Source of the DNA: an uncultured bacterium
GTDB taxonomy: Bacteria > DYJV01
Length of the DNA stretch: 59,404 bases
NCBI GenBank assembly: GCA_964543655.1
Contig: CAZIZE010000031.1
Span: forward strand, 1-59,404
Direction of reading: 5' to 3'
How positions within the stretch are numbered: position 1 is the first letter of the stretch; each line of letters begins with the position of its first letter. The position numbers and the translations under genes were made by a program. Shown piece after piece: positions 30,295 through 40,315 of this stretch. The notes below the pieces were generated by a model. That model had not been told where the DNA came from. It did no database searches and worked only from the letters and a program-made list of their open reading frames with translations.

Positions 30295-31881
30295 TTAACC
30301 GATTCTGATTTTTTTTACTTTATAATTTGTTAGAACATAATCAAATATGAATCTTGAAACAAAGATTGCAGTAAACATACTGGATATAATCCCTATTGAG
30401 AGGGTAACTGCAAATCCTTTTATTGGACCTGTACCATACTGATACAAAACTATAGCAGCAATTAATGTGGTTATATTGGCATCAAAAATAGTAAGAAATG
30501 CTCTGGAAAAACCATTTTCAACAGCACCTCTTATTTTTACACCTTTTCTTAGCTCTTCCCTGATTCTTTCAAATATGAGCACATTAGCATCTACTGCCAT
30601 ACCAATTGTTAAAATTATACCTGCAATACCCGGGAGCGTGAGAGTAGCTCCAAAAGCTGCAAGGCATGACATAATAAAAAGAATATTTAAAGCAAGTGCA
30701 ATATCAGCTGCTACACCTGCAAGGCTATAATAGAATATCATAAAAATAAACACAATTATACCACCAATAAACATTGAATAAAAACCTTTTTTAATTGAAT
30801 CGTGTCCCAATGATGGTCCAACGGTCCTTTTTTCCAATACTTTCACTGGTGCTGGAAGTGCTCCAGCTCTTAAAACTATAGCAAGGTCGTGAGCTTCTTT
30901 TTCTGTAAACCTGCCTGTAATTTGAGCTCTACCACCTGATATCCTTTCTTGAATTACTGGTGCTGAATAAACATTGTTATCAAGAATAATGGCAAGTCTT
31001 TTTCCAACATTTTCAGCAGTAATTCTATCAAAAATTTTAGCACCTTGATTATCAAACTCTATTGAAACGTAAGGTTCATTGTAAGTTGGATTAATATTAA
31101 CCCTTGCATCTTTAATATATTGCCCTGTTAGAAGAACCTTTTTATAAACAACTATTGGCCTTTTTGAAATAACTCTACCCATGTCATCTTTCACATACTG
31201 GTATAAAATCTGACAATTTGAAGGTATATTTTTAGGATTTAAATTTTTGGTATCAATATTTTCATTTACCAATTTAAATTCAAGCCTTGCTGTTTTACCA
31301 ATGATTCTTAATGCTCTATCAGGATCTTTAATACCAGGAAGCTCTATTAAAATTCTATTATCACCCATTGACCTAACTTCAGGCTCTGTAACTCCAAATT
31401 GGTCAATTCTGTTTCTAATTGTTTCTACTGCCTGGTCAACAGAAAATTTTCTCAAATATTTTAAATATTTATCCGAAAAAGCAAGAACTAATTTATCCCC
31501 TTTAAAGGATTTTATTTCAAGATTAGGAAATTCTTCAGAAATAATCTGAGTAACTTTATCTCTATCAGTACTATCAACAGTAACAACAAGATTCATATTA
31601 ACACGTTTAACAGATTTATAATGTATTTTATTGTCTTTTAATACAGAAGCTATGTTGTCAGTATATCTATCAAGAGTTGTTTTAATAGCCTCATCTGTTT
31701 TTACCTCCATAATAAGGTGCATTCCACCTTGTAAATCAAGTCCAAGGTGAATCTTTTTGGTAGGTAAAAAAGATGGCCACCAGGAAGGTGTACCATTAAA
31801 TACTGTTGGCAATATATAAACAATAGCCCAAAGAATCACACCTAATATTATCAGGAATCTCCATTTTAAACTTCTAATCAT
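30295..31881 (-). CDS. secD: Protein translocase subunit SecD
   Basis: LGLDLQGG, RNRIDQFGVTEP, LRAGALPAP, GMAVDANVLIFERIREE. Confidence 0.97.
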   Translation of the reverse strand: MIRSLKWRFLIILGVILWAIVYILPTVFNGTPSWWPSFLPTKKIHLGLDLQGGMHLIMEVKTDEAIKTTLDRYTDNIASVLKDNKIHYKSVKRVNMNLVVTVDSTDRDKVTQIISEEFPNLEIKSFKGDKLVLAFSDKYLKYLRKFSVDQAVETIRNRIDQFGVTEPEVRSMGDNRILIELPGIKDPDRALRIIGKTARLEFKLVNENIDTKNLNPKNIPSNCQILYQYVKDDMGRVISKRPIVVYKKVLLTGQYIKDARVNINPTYNEPYVSIEFDNQGAKIFDRITAENVGKRLAIILDNNVYSAPVIQERISGGRAQITGRFTEKEAHDLAIVLRAGALPAPVKVLEKRTVGPSLGHDSIKKGFYSMFIGGIIVFIFMIFYYSLAGVAADIALALNILFIMSCLAAFGATLTLPGIAGIILTIGMAVDANVLIFERIREELRKGVKIRGAVENGFSRAFLTIFDANITTLIAAIVLYQYGTGPIKGFAVTLSIGIISSMFTAIFVSRFIFDYVLTNYKVKKIRIG

Positions 31882-31908
31882 TTATATTCACCTCTGTTTA
31901 AAACTTTA

Positions 31909-32214
31909 TTATTTTGCTTTGGCGCTTACAAAAGTACGAGCAACTTTAATTTTCACATTATCTGCCACTTCAAGAGTAAGGACATCATCAGTTATCCCAA
32001 CAATCTTACCATAAATGCCACCTGAAGTTATAACTTCATCACCTTTTTTTAATTCTTGCAACATTTTTCTATGCTCTTTGGCTCTTTTCTGTTGTGGCCT
32101 AATGAGAAGAAAATAGAAAACAACAAAGATTAAAATTAAAGGCACCATTTGAGCAATTGCAGCTCCTGCATTTGGTGCAGCCTTACCTGCTGCGTACAAT
32201 GTGTCTACAAACAT
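31909..32214 (-). CDS. yajC: Preprotein translocase subunit YajC
   Basis: FYFLLIRPQQKR, LKKGDEVITSGGIYG. Confidence 0.96.
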   Translation of the reverse strand: MFVDTLYAAGKAAPNAGAAIAQMVPLILIFVVFYFLLIRPQQKRAKEHRKMLQELKKGDEVITSGGIYGKIVGITDDVLTLEVADNVKIKVARTFVSAKAK

Positions 32215-32318
32215 AAATAACCTCCTTATAAAATTAGATATGCACCATACTAATAGATAAAAAAAAAATCAAGTAATTTTTAAAAATTTATTGAGAAAAA
32301 CAGGAAATGAATAAAAAG

Positions 32319-32342
32319 AAAACCCCCTCAGAAAGAGGGGAT
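32319..32342 (-). terminator. Intrinsic terminator after the multiheme cytochrome gene
   Basis: Minus strand CCCCTC-TTTCT-GAGGGG followed by GTTTT. Confidence 0.75.
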
Positions 32343-32350
32343 TTTAATAT

Positions 32351-33592
32351 TTATTTTTTGGCACTCATCTTTCTCATTATGTTTGCTTCTCTTTTGATTT
32401 CCACAAGAGTTTCTTTTAATTTTGCGTAACCATACCAGGTTGTATAATCTGGCATAATGTGAAAAGCTGCTTGATATGTTTTCATTCTGTAATCCATGAA
32501 CATTTCATATAAAAGCTCTTCTACATGAGTGTTCACTTCATAAAAATTGAGCAAATCAGGATAAGGCCAGGTAGCCTGGTTAGTTTTCTTTTTGATAATA
32601 CCATCTTTGTAAAGATCTTTTACAATGTTAATAGCTTCTGCAAATATTTTATCAGATGCTTTAATCATCATATCAGCATTTTTAAGATTCTCTTTTGCAA
32701 AATTTTCAGAGTGACATTTTTTGCAAGTATTTATCATTCTCTCTCTTTCTTTATTAAAAGAAGCAGCATCAAGTCTTGCAAGATTAGCTTTTTTTACAAC
32801 ATCAAGTCGTTTTGTTGGCTTGCCTTTAGCATCAAGAACACCAAGAGCTTGTAAAATAGTTACTCTATAGCCAAGCCACTCTTTATCTTTTTCAGGAAGT
32901 CTAAGAGCAAGAAATCCCCATGCTGTCATAACTCTATGATTTCCATTCTGCATGTGGCAATCTTGACAAGTTGGACCTCTATGTGCTTTTCTGTTGGTCT
33001 CATAAGCAGCACCATGCTTGGAATGCTTCCACATTTCCCATTGAGCATGGTCAAATCCTGTATGGCAGCTATTACATGCTTCTGGTTCTTTAGCTTCCTC
33101 AACAGAAAAGGCATGTCTTGTATGGCAGTTCTGACAATCCATTCCATACTTGTAATATTTCCTGTACGCAACATTCTTTCTAACATGCTCATCAGTAATT
33201 CCAAGATTATGGCATCCATTACAACCTTTCTGTCCTGCTATAAATGCCTTTGGCTGTTTGTGTGCAAACCCTGGAAAAGCAATAACTGGCAATAAACCAA
33301 GTGCATGTTTACCTGACATATATTGCTTTACCTGCTTTTTGTGGCATCTTTTACAGGTGCTAATTGTAGGTAATTTAGCTTTAGCATAATCAGTGGATGT
33401 TTTGTGTGATGAACCATGACAAGATTTACAGGTAAGCTTTTTTGCCATTTTACCTCTGTTAAAATCCTTCACAAGTCCTGGATTCAATTTTTTGTGGCAA
33501 TTCTCACATTTAGATGGCTTTGCCATAATATTTCCAGCAAAAACAAATGAGAATAAAATAAAAAACATTAAAAATTTCTTAAAAACTTTCAT
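32351..33592 (-). CDS. Periplasmic octaheme cytochrome c, HAO/reductive-HAO family
   Basis: Signal peptide; eight CXXCH motifs (CENCH, CKSCH, CKRCH, CNGCH, CQNCH, CNSCH, CQDCH, CKKCH); CHTRH.F, GFDHAQWEMW..SKHG, FH..PDY..WYG. Confidence 0.85.
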   Translation of the reverse strand: MKVFKKFLMFFILFSFVFAGNIMAKPSKCENCHKKLNPGLVKDFNRGKMAKKLTCKSCHGSSHKTSTDYAKAKLPTISTCKRCHKKQVKQYMSGKHALGLLPVIAFPGFAHKQPKAFIAGQKGCNGCHNLGITDEHVRKNVAYRKYYKYGMDCQNCHTRHAFSVEEAKEPEACNSCHTGFDHAQWEMWKHSKHGAAYETNRKAHRGPTCQDCHMQNGNHRVMTAWGFLALRLPEKDKEWLGYRVTILQALGVLDAKGKPTKRLDVVKKANLARLDAASFNKERERMINTCKKCHSENFAKENLKNADMMIKASDKIFAEAINIVKDLYKDGIIKKKTNQATWPYPDLLNFYEVNTHVEELLYEMFMDYRMKTYQAAFHIMPDYTTWYGYAKLKETLVEIKREANIMRKMSAKK

Positions 33593-33622
33593 CTCTCTAC
33601 CTCCTTTCTTTTAATTGAAAAA

Positions 33623-34249
33623 TCATGTGAATAAATTTTTAATACTATGTTCATTAATTTTCATCCTCTGAAAAATTGTACCTAATCTTTCACCAATAAT
33701 AGAGTTTTCTTTATAATAAATTAATATTTTTTTAAAAATGTCAATACATTCCTCAAAAGATGTAAAATTCTTAATTTCTAATGCAAGCATTGGGTGTCTT
33801 CCTAATTTACCACCAGCGAGAATTTGAAATCCCTTATCAATTACTTTAATAGCACCTTCCCTGCATACTTTTATGCACATGCCACAACCTATGCAGTTTC
33901 CCTGGTTAAATGTTAATGTATGTTCCTTGATTTTTAATGCATTCTCAAAGCAAGTTTTTACACATTTACCACATAGGGAACATTTATCCATATCTATACT
34001 AATTTTTACTTTTGAGATGATTCCCACATCTTTAATCTGTACCTGTGAACAAGCATTGGGGCAATTGGCAATTGAAACCCTGAAACAATGATGCTGTCTA
34101 ATTGGACCCTTAATTTTTGAATGAATAACTTCCTCTATATTTTCTAATTTTGCAATTTTATATAATTTTTGGGCAAGTGGCTCTGTGTCTAACAAAGAAT
34201 TGGGGCAACCTGTATTGCCACTACACTGCTCTATTTGAAAAAGCTTCAA
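33623..34249 (-). CDS. Small nitrite/sulfite-reductase-like Fe-S protein with a 2x[4Fe-4S] ferredoxin insert
   Basis: CSGNTGC (CX5C) and NCPNACS (CX3C) siroheme/Fe-S-type ligands; CSLCGKCVKTC and CIGCGMCIKVC; GGKLGRHP; GERLG. Confidence 0.8.
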   Translation of the reverse strand: MKLFQIEQCSGNTGCPNSLLDTEPLAQKLYKIAKLENIEEVIHSKIKGPIRQHHCFRVSIANCPNACSQVQIKDVGIISKVKISIDMDKCSLCGKCVKTCFENALKIKEHTLTFNQGNCIGCGMCIKVCREGAIKVIDKGFQILAGGKLGRHPMLALEIKNFTSFEECIDIFKKILIYYKENSIIGERLGTIFQRMKINEHSIKNLFT

Positions 34250-34323
34250 TGTTAACCTCTCAAAATATTAAAAACTATTAATACATATACTATTTAAAGG
34301 CTTCATAAGTCAAGATAAAATTA

Positions 34324-35859
34324 TTATAATAGTGACTCAAGAATTTCTTTTTCAAGGTCTGGATATTTTTTCAAATGTTCATATCTTTCCTGCTTCAACC
34401 TTTTAACTATGCTATTATATTCATCAATTCTATTCTGTTTTTCATAAAGTTTTTTGGGTTGTAAAATATATATATCTTCCCTGTCAATACCAGGAACTTG
34501 TTCTGCTATTTCATAGCCAAAATCTTCATCTTTTACCCACTTAATTGTCCCTTCAGCTATGCCTTTTACTATTGCAGATGAGTGCTTGATTTTAACTTTT
34601 AAGCTTCCTTCAACATCTTCTTTTCCACCAACTCTACCTGTATTCATTATGTAAACTTCCATATTGATATTTTCAAGTAATTCTTTTAACCTATTTCCCT
34701 GAAAACCCTGTCTCAGTGGAAAGAATGGATTTGTTCCCGGAATTCTTAAAAATTTTCCTTCTTCAGCTTTACCACCTGCACTTGTACCGGTAGTTTCACC
34801 AAGCATAAAATAAGCTGCTGCCTGATTTTTATCAAGTTTTGCAACACCTGGAATAATATTTTCATTTCTATTTAAAATTAGAAGGAAATCAGCCTTTTCA
34901 ATACGTGGAATAAGCTTTGCATTTGGGATATCTTCCATTAGAAAAACAGCTCTGCCATTTTCAGAGTGAACTTTTCCATAGAAGTCTACCTTACCATTTT
35001 CATCAATTGTAACATTTTCAAGAAAAGAAGTGGGCTTTGTAACAGCATTATAGATAATGGGCTCATTTTCCTTATTTAAGCCAAAAGTTTTTGCAAAACA
35101 ACCACGCTCTGTGCCATAAGCTCTACCATCAGGCATTAAAGCCACAAAATCATCCTGAACTGGCTGCGAGCCATTTTGATCTGTAAAAGTGGTAGTAGTT
35201 TTTCCTGTACCAGAGAGACCAATTATAAGAAAAGATTTCTCTCCTCTATCTGTAGGAACTATTTTACATCCAGCATGAAGAGCAAGCCCACCTTTTTCGT
35301 AAATATATTTGTTCCACATTCTGAGCCCACCCTTTTTGGATTCACCAAAGTAATCTGAATTAATAACTCTTGTAACCCATTTATCAAGGTATACTGCAAT
35401 AACTCTTTTATCATTGTAACCATCTATTTCAAGGTCTGGAGTCATAATAATTTGAAATAGAGGTTGAAAATTGCCATTGTCAGGTTCAAAATATAATAAC
35501 TTCTGCATAGCAGCTACATTGGCATATTCTTCTTGAATAACAAGTTGACTTGGAACTTTAACCATATTGTCATAAGCAATAAAGCCATTTATTTTTATCA
35601 TTTTTCTATTTTTTATAAACTCATCTTGAATATTAGCAATTCTTTCACCTTCTTCCACAGAGATAGTTTGAGTATCTGTAATAGAAGTATCATCAGTAAC
35701 AATGTATGTGTTTTTTGCACTTCTTGCTTTAGCTTTAGTAATAGCATCTGGATTATTAAATTCAGTTTTTATGACATTTTTTTGTTTAAAAGTTAAATCT
35801 CTTAACAAATCCATGTTAGGATTATTAATAACATCGTTTAAATTAAGATCTATAGCCAT
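34324..35859 (-). CDS. pckA: Phosphoenolpyruvate carboxykinase (ATP)
   Basis: YFGESKKG, LHAG, GLSGTGKTT, QDD, E.GCFAKT, FLENV, NGR, NTG. Confidence 0.88.
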   Translation of the reverse strand: MAIDLNLNDVINNPNMDLLRDLTFKQKNVIKTEFNNPDAITKAKARSAKNTYIVTDDTSITDTQTISVEEGERIANIQDEFIKNRKMIKINGFIAYDNMVKVPSQLVIQEEYANVAAMQKLLYFEPDNGNFQPLFQIIMTPDLEIDGYNDKRVIAVYLDKWVTRVINSDYFGESKKGGLRMWNKYIYEKGGLALHAGCKIVPTDRGEKSFLIIGLSGTGKTTTTFTDQNGSQPVQDDFVALMPDGRAYGTERGCFAKTFGLNKENEPIIYNAVTKPTSFLENVTIDENGKVDFYGKVHSENGRAVFLMEDIPNAKLIPRIEKADFLLILNRNENIIPGVAKLDKNQAAAYFMLGETTGTSAGGKAEEGKFLRIPGTNPFFPLRQGFQGNRLKELLENINMEVYIMNTGRVGGKEDVEGSLKVKIKHSSAIVKGIAEGTIKWVKDEDFGYEIAEQVPGIDREDIYILQPKKLYEKQNRIDEYNSIVKRLKQERYEHLKKYPDLEKEILESLL

Positions 35860-35960
35860 TTTAACCCTCCATAATTGTATTTAAAAACAGAGCAGCGATA
35901 ACAGAAAAAAATATAAAAATCAAATTGATTTTTATTAAATTTTTATATATCTAATGAATT

Positions 35961-36233
35961 ATGGATTTAAAGAGAGCATTTGAAATTCTTGAAATAAATG
36001 ATACAATTTCAATTAAAAAATTAAAACATTTGTACAGGAAAAAGGTAAAACAGTATCATCCTGATATTTCAGATTCTTTAGAAGAGATTATTGAGATAAA
36101 CTCAGCTTATAAATTTTTAATGAAATTTTTTGAAAATTATGAATTTAATGTTAATAAAGTATTAAATGAAAAATCTCTTGAAGAAAAGACTTTTAGCAGA
36201 TTTTCCAATGATTGGTTAGGAGGAGGTAAATGA
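35961..36233 (+). CDS. Small DnaJ-domain protein
   Basis: AFEILEI...YRKKVKQYHPD...INSAY; coupled to glmU. Confidence 0.85.
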   Translation: MDLKRAFEILEINDTISIKKLKHLYRKKVKQYHPDISDSLEEIIEINSAYKFLMKFFENYEFNVNKVLNEKSLEEKTFSRFSNDWLGGGK

Positions 36234-37618
36234 AAGGTTTGGATATTATTATTTTAGCAGCTGGCAAAGGAACAAGGATGAAATCAGACATTCCTAAAGT
36301 AATGCACAAAATATGCGGTTTGCCAATGCTTGAAATAGTTATTGAAAATGCCAATAAATTAAAACCAGACAATATATTTGTTGTGGTTGGTTATAAAAAA
36401 GAAATTATTGAAAGTTATTTTAATAAAAAATTTGAGGGTAAATTAAAATTTATTGAACAAAAAATGCAAAATGGTACAGGTGATGCTGTAAATTCCTGCA
36501 AAGAGTTTTTTAACAATAGGAATAGCAATGTCCTCATATTATGTGGAGATATGCCTCTTGTAAGTGGAGAAAGTTTAATAAATTTTATAGACTTTTTTAA
36601 TGAGAACAATATTTCATTATTGGTAATGTCAACTTTTGTTGAAAATCCGTATGGATATGGGAGAATAATTAGAGATGGTAAAAATTTTATTAAAATAGTA
36701 GAAGAAAAGGATGCAAGTATTGAAGAGAAAAAGATAAATGAAATAAACACAGGTATTTACTGTGTAAAAAGTGATATTCTTTTTAATCTACTTGAAAAGG
36801 TTGACAATAATAATGCTCAGGGTGAATATTATCTTACTGACATTGTTGAAACAGCAGTAAAAAATAAAATAGATGTTTCTGCTGTTGCTTTTGGAACAAG
36901 TGAAGAATTTATTGGTATTAATAGTAGGGAGCAGCTTGCCTATGCTGAAAATATTTTAGTAAAGAGGAAAATAGCAGAGTTGCAATCTGAAGGGGTTACT
37001 TTTATTAAACCAGAAACAACATACCTACACCTCAATATTAAAATAGGAAGAGATTCTGTTATTTATCCAGACAATGTGATTATTGACAACTCAATAATTG
37101 GTGAAAAATGTGAAATAGGCCCATTTAATGTTATAAAAAATACTTTTATTGCTGACAATGTAAATATAAAAGCCCACTGTTATTTAGATTCTGCTAAAAT
37201 TGATACAGGAACTCAAATTGGACCATTTAGCCATTTGAGACCAGGAAGTGAAATAGGAGAAAATTGCAAAGTTGGAAATTTCGTTGAAATAAAAAAATCT
37301 ATTTTGAAAAAAGAGGTTAAAGCTTCTCATTTAAGTTATCTTGGAGATGCTAATATAGAAGAGGGAGTGAATGTAGGTGCCGGTACCATTACTTGTAATT
37401 ATGACGGTGTGAATAAATATAAAACTTTTATTGGCAAACATGTTTTCATTGGAAGTGATACACAGTTAGTTGCACCTGTAAATATTGGAGATTATACCTT
37501 AATTGCAGCTGGCACAACAGTAACAAAAGATACTCCAGCAAATTCCCTTGTTCATTCAAGAGTTAAGCAGTCCAATATAGCAAATAAAGGTGTAAAGTAT
37601 AAAATAGAAACGGGCTAA
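36230..37618 (+). CDS. glmU: Bifunctional UDP-GlcNAc diphosphorylase / glucosamine-1-P acetyltransferase
   Basis: LAAGKGTRMKS, GYGRI, EINTG, EYYLTD, hexapeptide repeats, HLSYLGDA, TCNYDG. Confidence 0.97.
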   Translation: MKGLDIIILAAGKGTRMKSDIPKVMHKICGLPMLEIVIENANKLKPDNIFVVVGYKKEIIESYFNKKFEGKLKFIEQKMQNGTGDAVNSCKEFFNNRNSNVLILCGDMPLVSGESLINFIDFFNENNISLLVMSTFVENPYGYGRIIRDGKNFIKIVEEKDASIEEKKINEINTGIYCVKSDILFNLLEKVDNNNAQGEYYLTDIVETAVKNKIDVSAVAFGTSEEFIGINSREQLAYAENILVKRKIAELQSEGVTFIKPETTYLHLNIKIGRDSVIYPDNVIIDNSIIGEKCEIGPFNVIKNTFIADNVNIKAHCYLDSAKIDTGTQIGPFSHLRPGSEIGENCKVGNFVEIKKSILKKEVKASHLSYLGDANIEEGVNVGAGTITCNYDGVNKYKTFIGKHVFIGSDTQLVAPVNIGDYTLIAAGTTVTKDTPANSLVHSRVKQSNIANKGVKYKIETG

Positions 37619-37792
37619 TATTGCTAAATTTCTAAAAATTTAATTTTAACTATCTATTTTAAGCTTTTATCACCTATAAATCTGATAGTTCGGATTAAAC
37701 CCCAAAATTAAAAAGAATTAAATCAATCCAAAATAATTGACATAATTTTTTTTTAATGATAATTCTTAAGAATAATTTCAAAGGAGGATAAT

Positions 37793-38131
37793 ATGCTTAA
37801 GAAAAATATATCTGAAGTTCCTATAGAGAATGTTGAATTAGAAGGTGCTAAAGGTGTGAAAGTCCAGTGGGTTTTTGCTCCAAAAGATGGTGTACCAAAC
37901 TTTGCTTTCAGAATTTTCCATATAGAAAAGGATGGTCATACTCCCAGGCATACCCATGATTGGGAACATGAAGTTTTAATTTTAAAAGGTGAAGGTGAAA
38001 TATTTTTAAATGGAGATTTAATACCTTATAAAGAAGGTGACGCATTTTTCATCCCAGGAGGTGAAGAGCATCAATTTTTAGCAAAATCTGAAGGGAAATT
38101 CATATGCTTAATTCCAAATTCTGGTTGCTAA
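37793..38131 (+). CDS. Cupin domain protein
   Basis: HTPRHTHDWEHEV..LKGEG and IPGGEEHQF; GGAGG SD. Confidence 0.9.
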   Translation: MLKKNISEVPIENVELEGAKGVKVQWVFAPKDGVPNFAFRIFHIEKDGHTPRHTHDWEHEVLILKGEGEIFLNGDLIPYKEGDAFFIPGGEEHQFLAKSEGKFICLIPNSGC

Positions 38132-38934
38132 TTTTCATTCCTATTTTTCTACTCTCTTTACAGTTAAATGCATTATCCAATAAATTAAAATATTTTAGTG
38201 AAGATAATTTTAATGAAATGTACAACAACTTACCTTTTGACTATAAAGCAACATTTAAAAATTTTAAGTTTGTTGAAGTAAAAGAAAATTACACCCCTTA
38301 TTTTAAACAAAGTGTAATTAAAAGCTCTATTAACTGTTTTAAAAAAAATAAAAAATACTTTTTAGCTGCTGAAAAGAAGTATAATGTTTCACCTTATGTT
38401 ATTCTATCAATTCTCACAATTGAATCTCTCTGTGGTAATCATCATCCAAAATACAACATAGTGGCTGTTTATAAAAGTTTAGTTATTCTTAGCAAAGATA
38501 AGAATTTGCAAAATAAGCTATTTAATGATATTAAAAACAAATATCCTGATATAACTAAAAAGTGGTTTTTAAAAAAGCTTAAATGGAAAAGTGCATGGGC
38601 AAGACGCCAGATTACTGCGTTGAAGAAAATATTTTTACAACACAGGATTGATGTTTTCAAAATTAAAGGCTCTTGGGCAGGTGCTTTTGGACTCTCACAA
38701 TTTATCCCACTATCTTTTCTTAATTATGCAGTTGACGGCAATAATGATGGAAAAATAAATCTTGATGAATATCCTGATGCTATTTTTAGTATTGCTAATT
38801 ATTTAAAAAAAGCTGGCTGGTCTGAAAAATTACCTTATCAAAAAAAACTTAAAGTTATATATAGCTATAATCACTCAAAATTATATTGCGAAACAGTTCT
38901 AAAATTAACCAAAATTTTTAATAATCAATCTTGA
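38104..38934 (+). CDS. Lytic murein transglycosylase (MltB/SLT_2 family)
   Basis: ILTIES, GSWAGAFGLSQFIP.S...YAVDGNNDG.INL, SIANYL..AGW, YNHS..Y. Confidence 0.9.
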   Translation: MLNSKFWLLIFIPIFLLSLQLNALSNKLKYFSEDNFNEMYNNLPFDYKATFKNFKFVEVKENYTPYFKQSVIKSSINCFKKNKKYFLAAEKKYNVSPYVILSILTIESLCGNHHPKYNIVAVYKSLVILSKDKNLQNKLFNDIKNKYPDITKKWFLKKLKWKSAWARRQITALKKIFLQHRIDVFKIKGSWAGAFGLSQFIPLSFLNYAVDGNNDGKINLDEYPDAIFSIANYLKKAGWSEKLPYQKKLKVIYSYNHSKLYCETVLKLTKIFNNQS

Positions 38935-38944
38935 GGAGGGAACA

Positions 38945-40255
38945 ATGAAAAGATTTTTCAAAAAAAATATTATTATTCTACTTTGTCTTATTACTTTCCT
39001 ATTAATTCAGGTTTCCATACTAACTGCTACAAAGGAAAAATCTCCTGATGATAATAATATTTATAAAAATATAGAGTTGTTTACAAAAGTTCTCTCAATA
39101 GTAAAAAAAGATTATGTTGATGATAAAACTTATAAAGATTTAATTTATGGAGCAATAAATGGAATGCTTTCGTCACTTGATCCACACTCTTCTTTTCTCA
39201 CCCCTGATAGCTTCAAAGAAATGCAGGTGGAAACTACAGGAGAATTTGGTGGACTTGGTATTGAAATAACAATTAGAAACGGAGTACTTACTGTTGTAGC
39301 ACCAATAGAAGATACTCCAGCTTACAAAGCTGGTGTTAAAGCAGGTGATAAAATAATTAAAATAAATGGTGAAAGTACCAAAAATATGACCTTAATGGAT
39401 GCTGTAAAAAAATTGAGAGGTAAAAAAGGTACCAAAGTTACTATTTCCATTTTCAGAGAAGGACTTAAAAAATTAAAAAATATTACAATAGTTCGTGATA
39501 TAATAAAAATCAAAAGTGTTAAAAGCAGAATGTATGATAATGATATTGGCTATATTAGAATTACACAATTTCAAGAAAGAACAGCTTCATCTGTTATAAA
39601 AGCTCTTGATAAGTTTAAGAAAGAATTTGGCACAATTAAAGGAGTTATACTTGATTTAAGAAATAACCCTGGAGGATTATTGGCTCAAGCAGTAAAAGTT
39701 TCAGATATATTTCTTAAAAAAGGTAAAATTGTTTATACCAAGGGAAGAATACCAAACAGCCAGATGGTATTTTACGCTCATAATGATGGTACAGAAGGAG
39801 ATTATCCCATGGTTGTTCTTGTAAATGGTGGTAGTGCAAGTGCATCTGAAATAGTTTCTGGTGCATTACAGGATCATAAAAGAGCAATTATTTTAGGTAC
39901 TCAAACTTTTGGAAAAGGCTCTGTTCAGACAATTATACCACTTGATGATGGCTCAGCTTTGAGATTAACCACAGCAAAATATTACACACCATCAGGTAGA
40001 TCCATTCAAGCAAAAGGGATAACCCCTGATATTATTGTAAAGCAGAGAAAAATTCTACCAGACAATAAAACAGTTGATTCATTTTTCTTAAGAGAAAAAG
40101 ATTTAAAAGGCCATTTTGAGGCAACTTCAGATAAAACAAACAAGGAAGAACATAAAAAATTAAAAGGTGTTATCCCATTTGACAAAGTAAAAGATTATCA
40201 GTTATTACAAGGATTGCAACTTCTTAAAGCACTGCAGATTGTTTCAGGTAAATAA
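38945..40255 (+). CDS. ctpA: Carboxyl-terminal processing protease (S41, PDZ)
   Basis: LDPHS, GGLGIEI, DLRNNPGG, SASASEIV.GALQD, TFGKGSVQ. Confidence 0.95.
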   Translation: MKRFFKKNIIILLCLITFLLIQVSILTATKEKSPDDNNIYKNIELFTKVLSIVKKDYVDDKTYKDLIYGAINGMLSSLDPHSSFLTPDSFKEMQVETTGEFGGLGIEITIRNGVLTVVAPIEDTPAYKAGVKAGDKIIKINGESTKNMTLMDAVKKLRGKKGTKVTISIFREGLKKLKNITIVRDIIKIKSVKSRMYDNDIGYIRITQFQERTASSVIKALDKFKKEFGTIKGVILDLRNNPGGLLAQAVKVSDIFLKKGKIVYTKGRIPNSQMVFYAHNDGTEGDYPMVVLVNGGSASASEIVSGALQDHKRAIILGTQTFGKGSVQTIIPLDDGSALRLTTAKYYTPSGRSIQAKGITPDIIVKQRKILPDNKTVDSFFLREKDLKGHFEATSDKTNKEEHKKLKGVIPFDKVKDYQLLQGLQLLKALQIVSGK

Positions 40256-40267
40256 TTTTAATTTCTC

Positions 40268-40310
40268 AGGGAGTGGTGGATTTAAAATGTTCCACCTGCT
40301 CCCTTATTTT
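40268..40310 (+). terminator. Terminator-like hairpin after ctpA
   Basis: AGGGAGT-GGTGGA ... TCCACC-TGCTCCCT followed by TATTTT. Confidence 0.6.
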
Positions 40311-40315
40311 ATACA

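Noticed and set aside
37619-37792. Possible element end or small RNA in the glmU-cupin spacer (TAGTTCGGATTAAACCCC)
   Set aside because: No partner inverted repeat, second copy or stable fold was found by eye.
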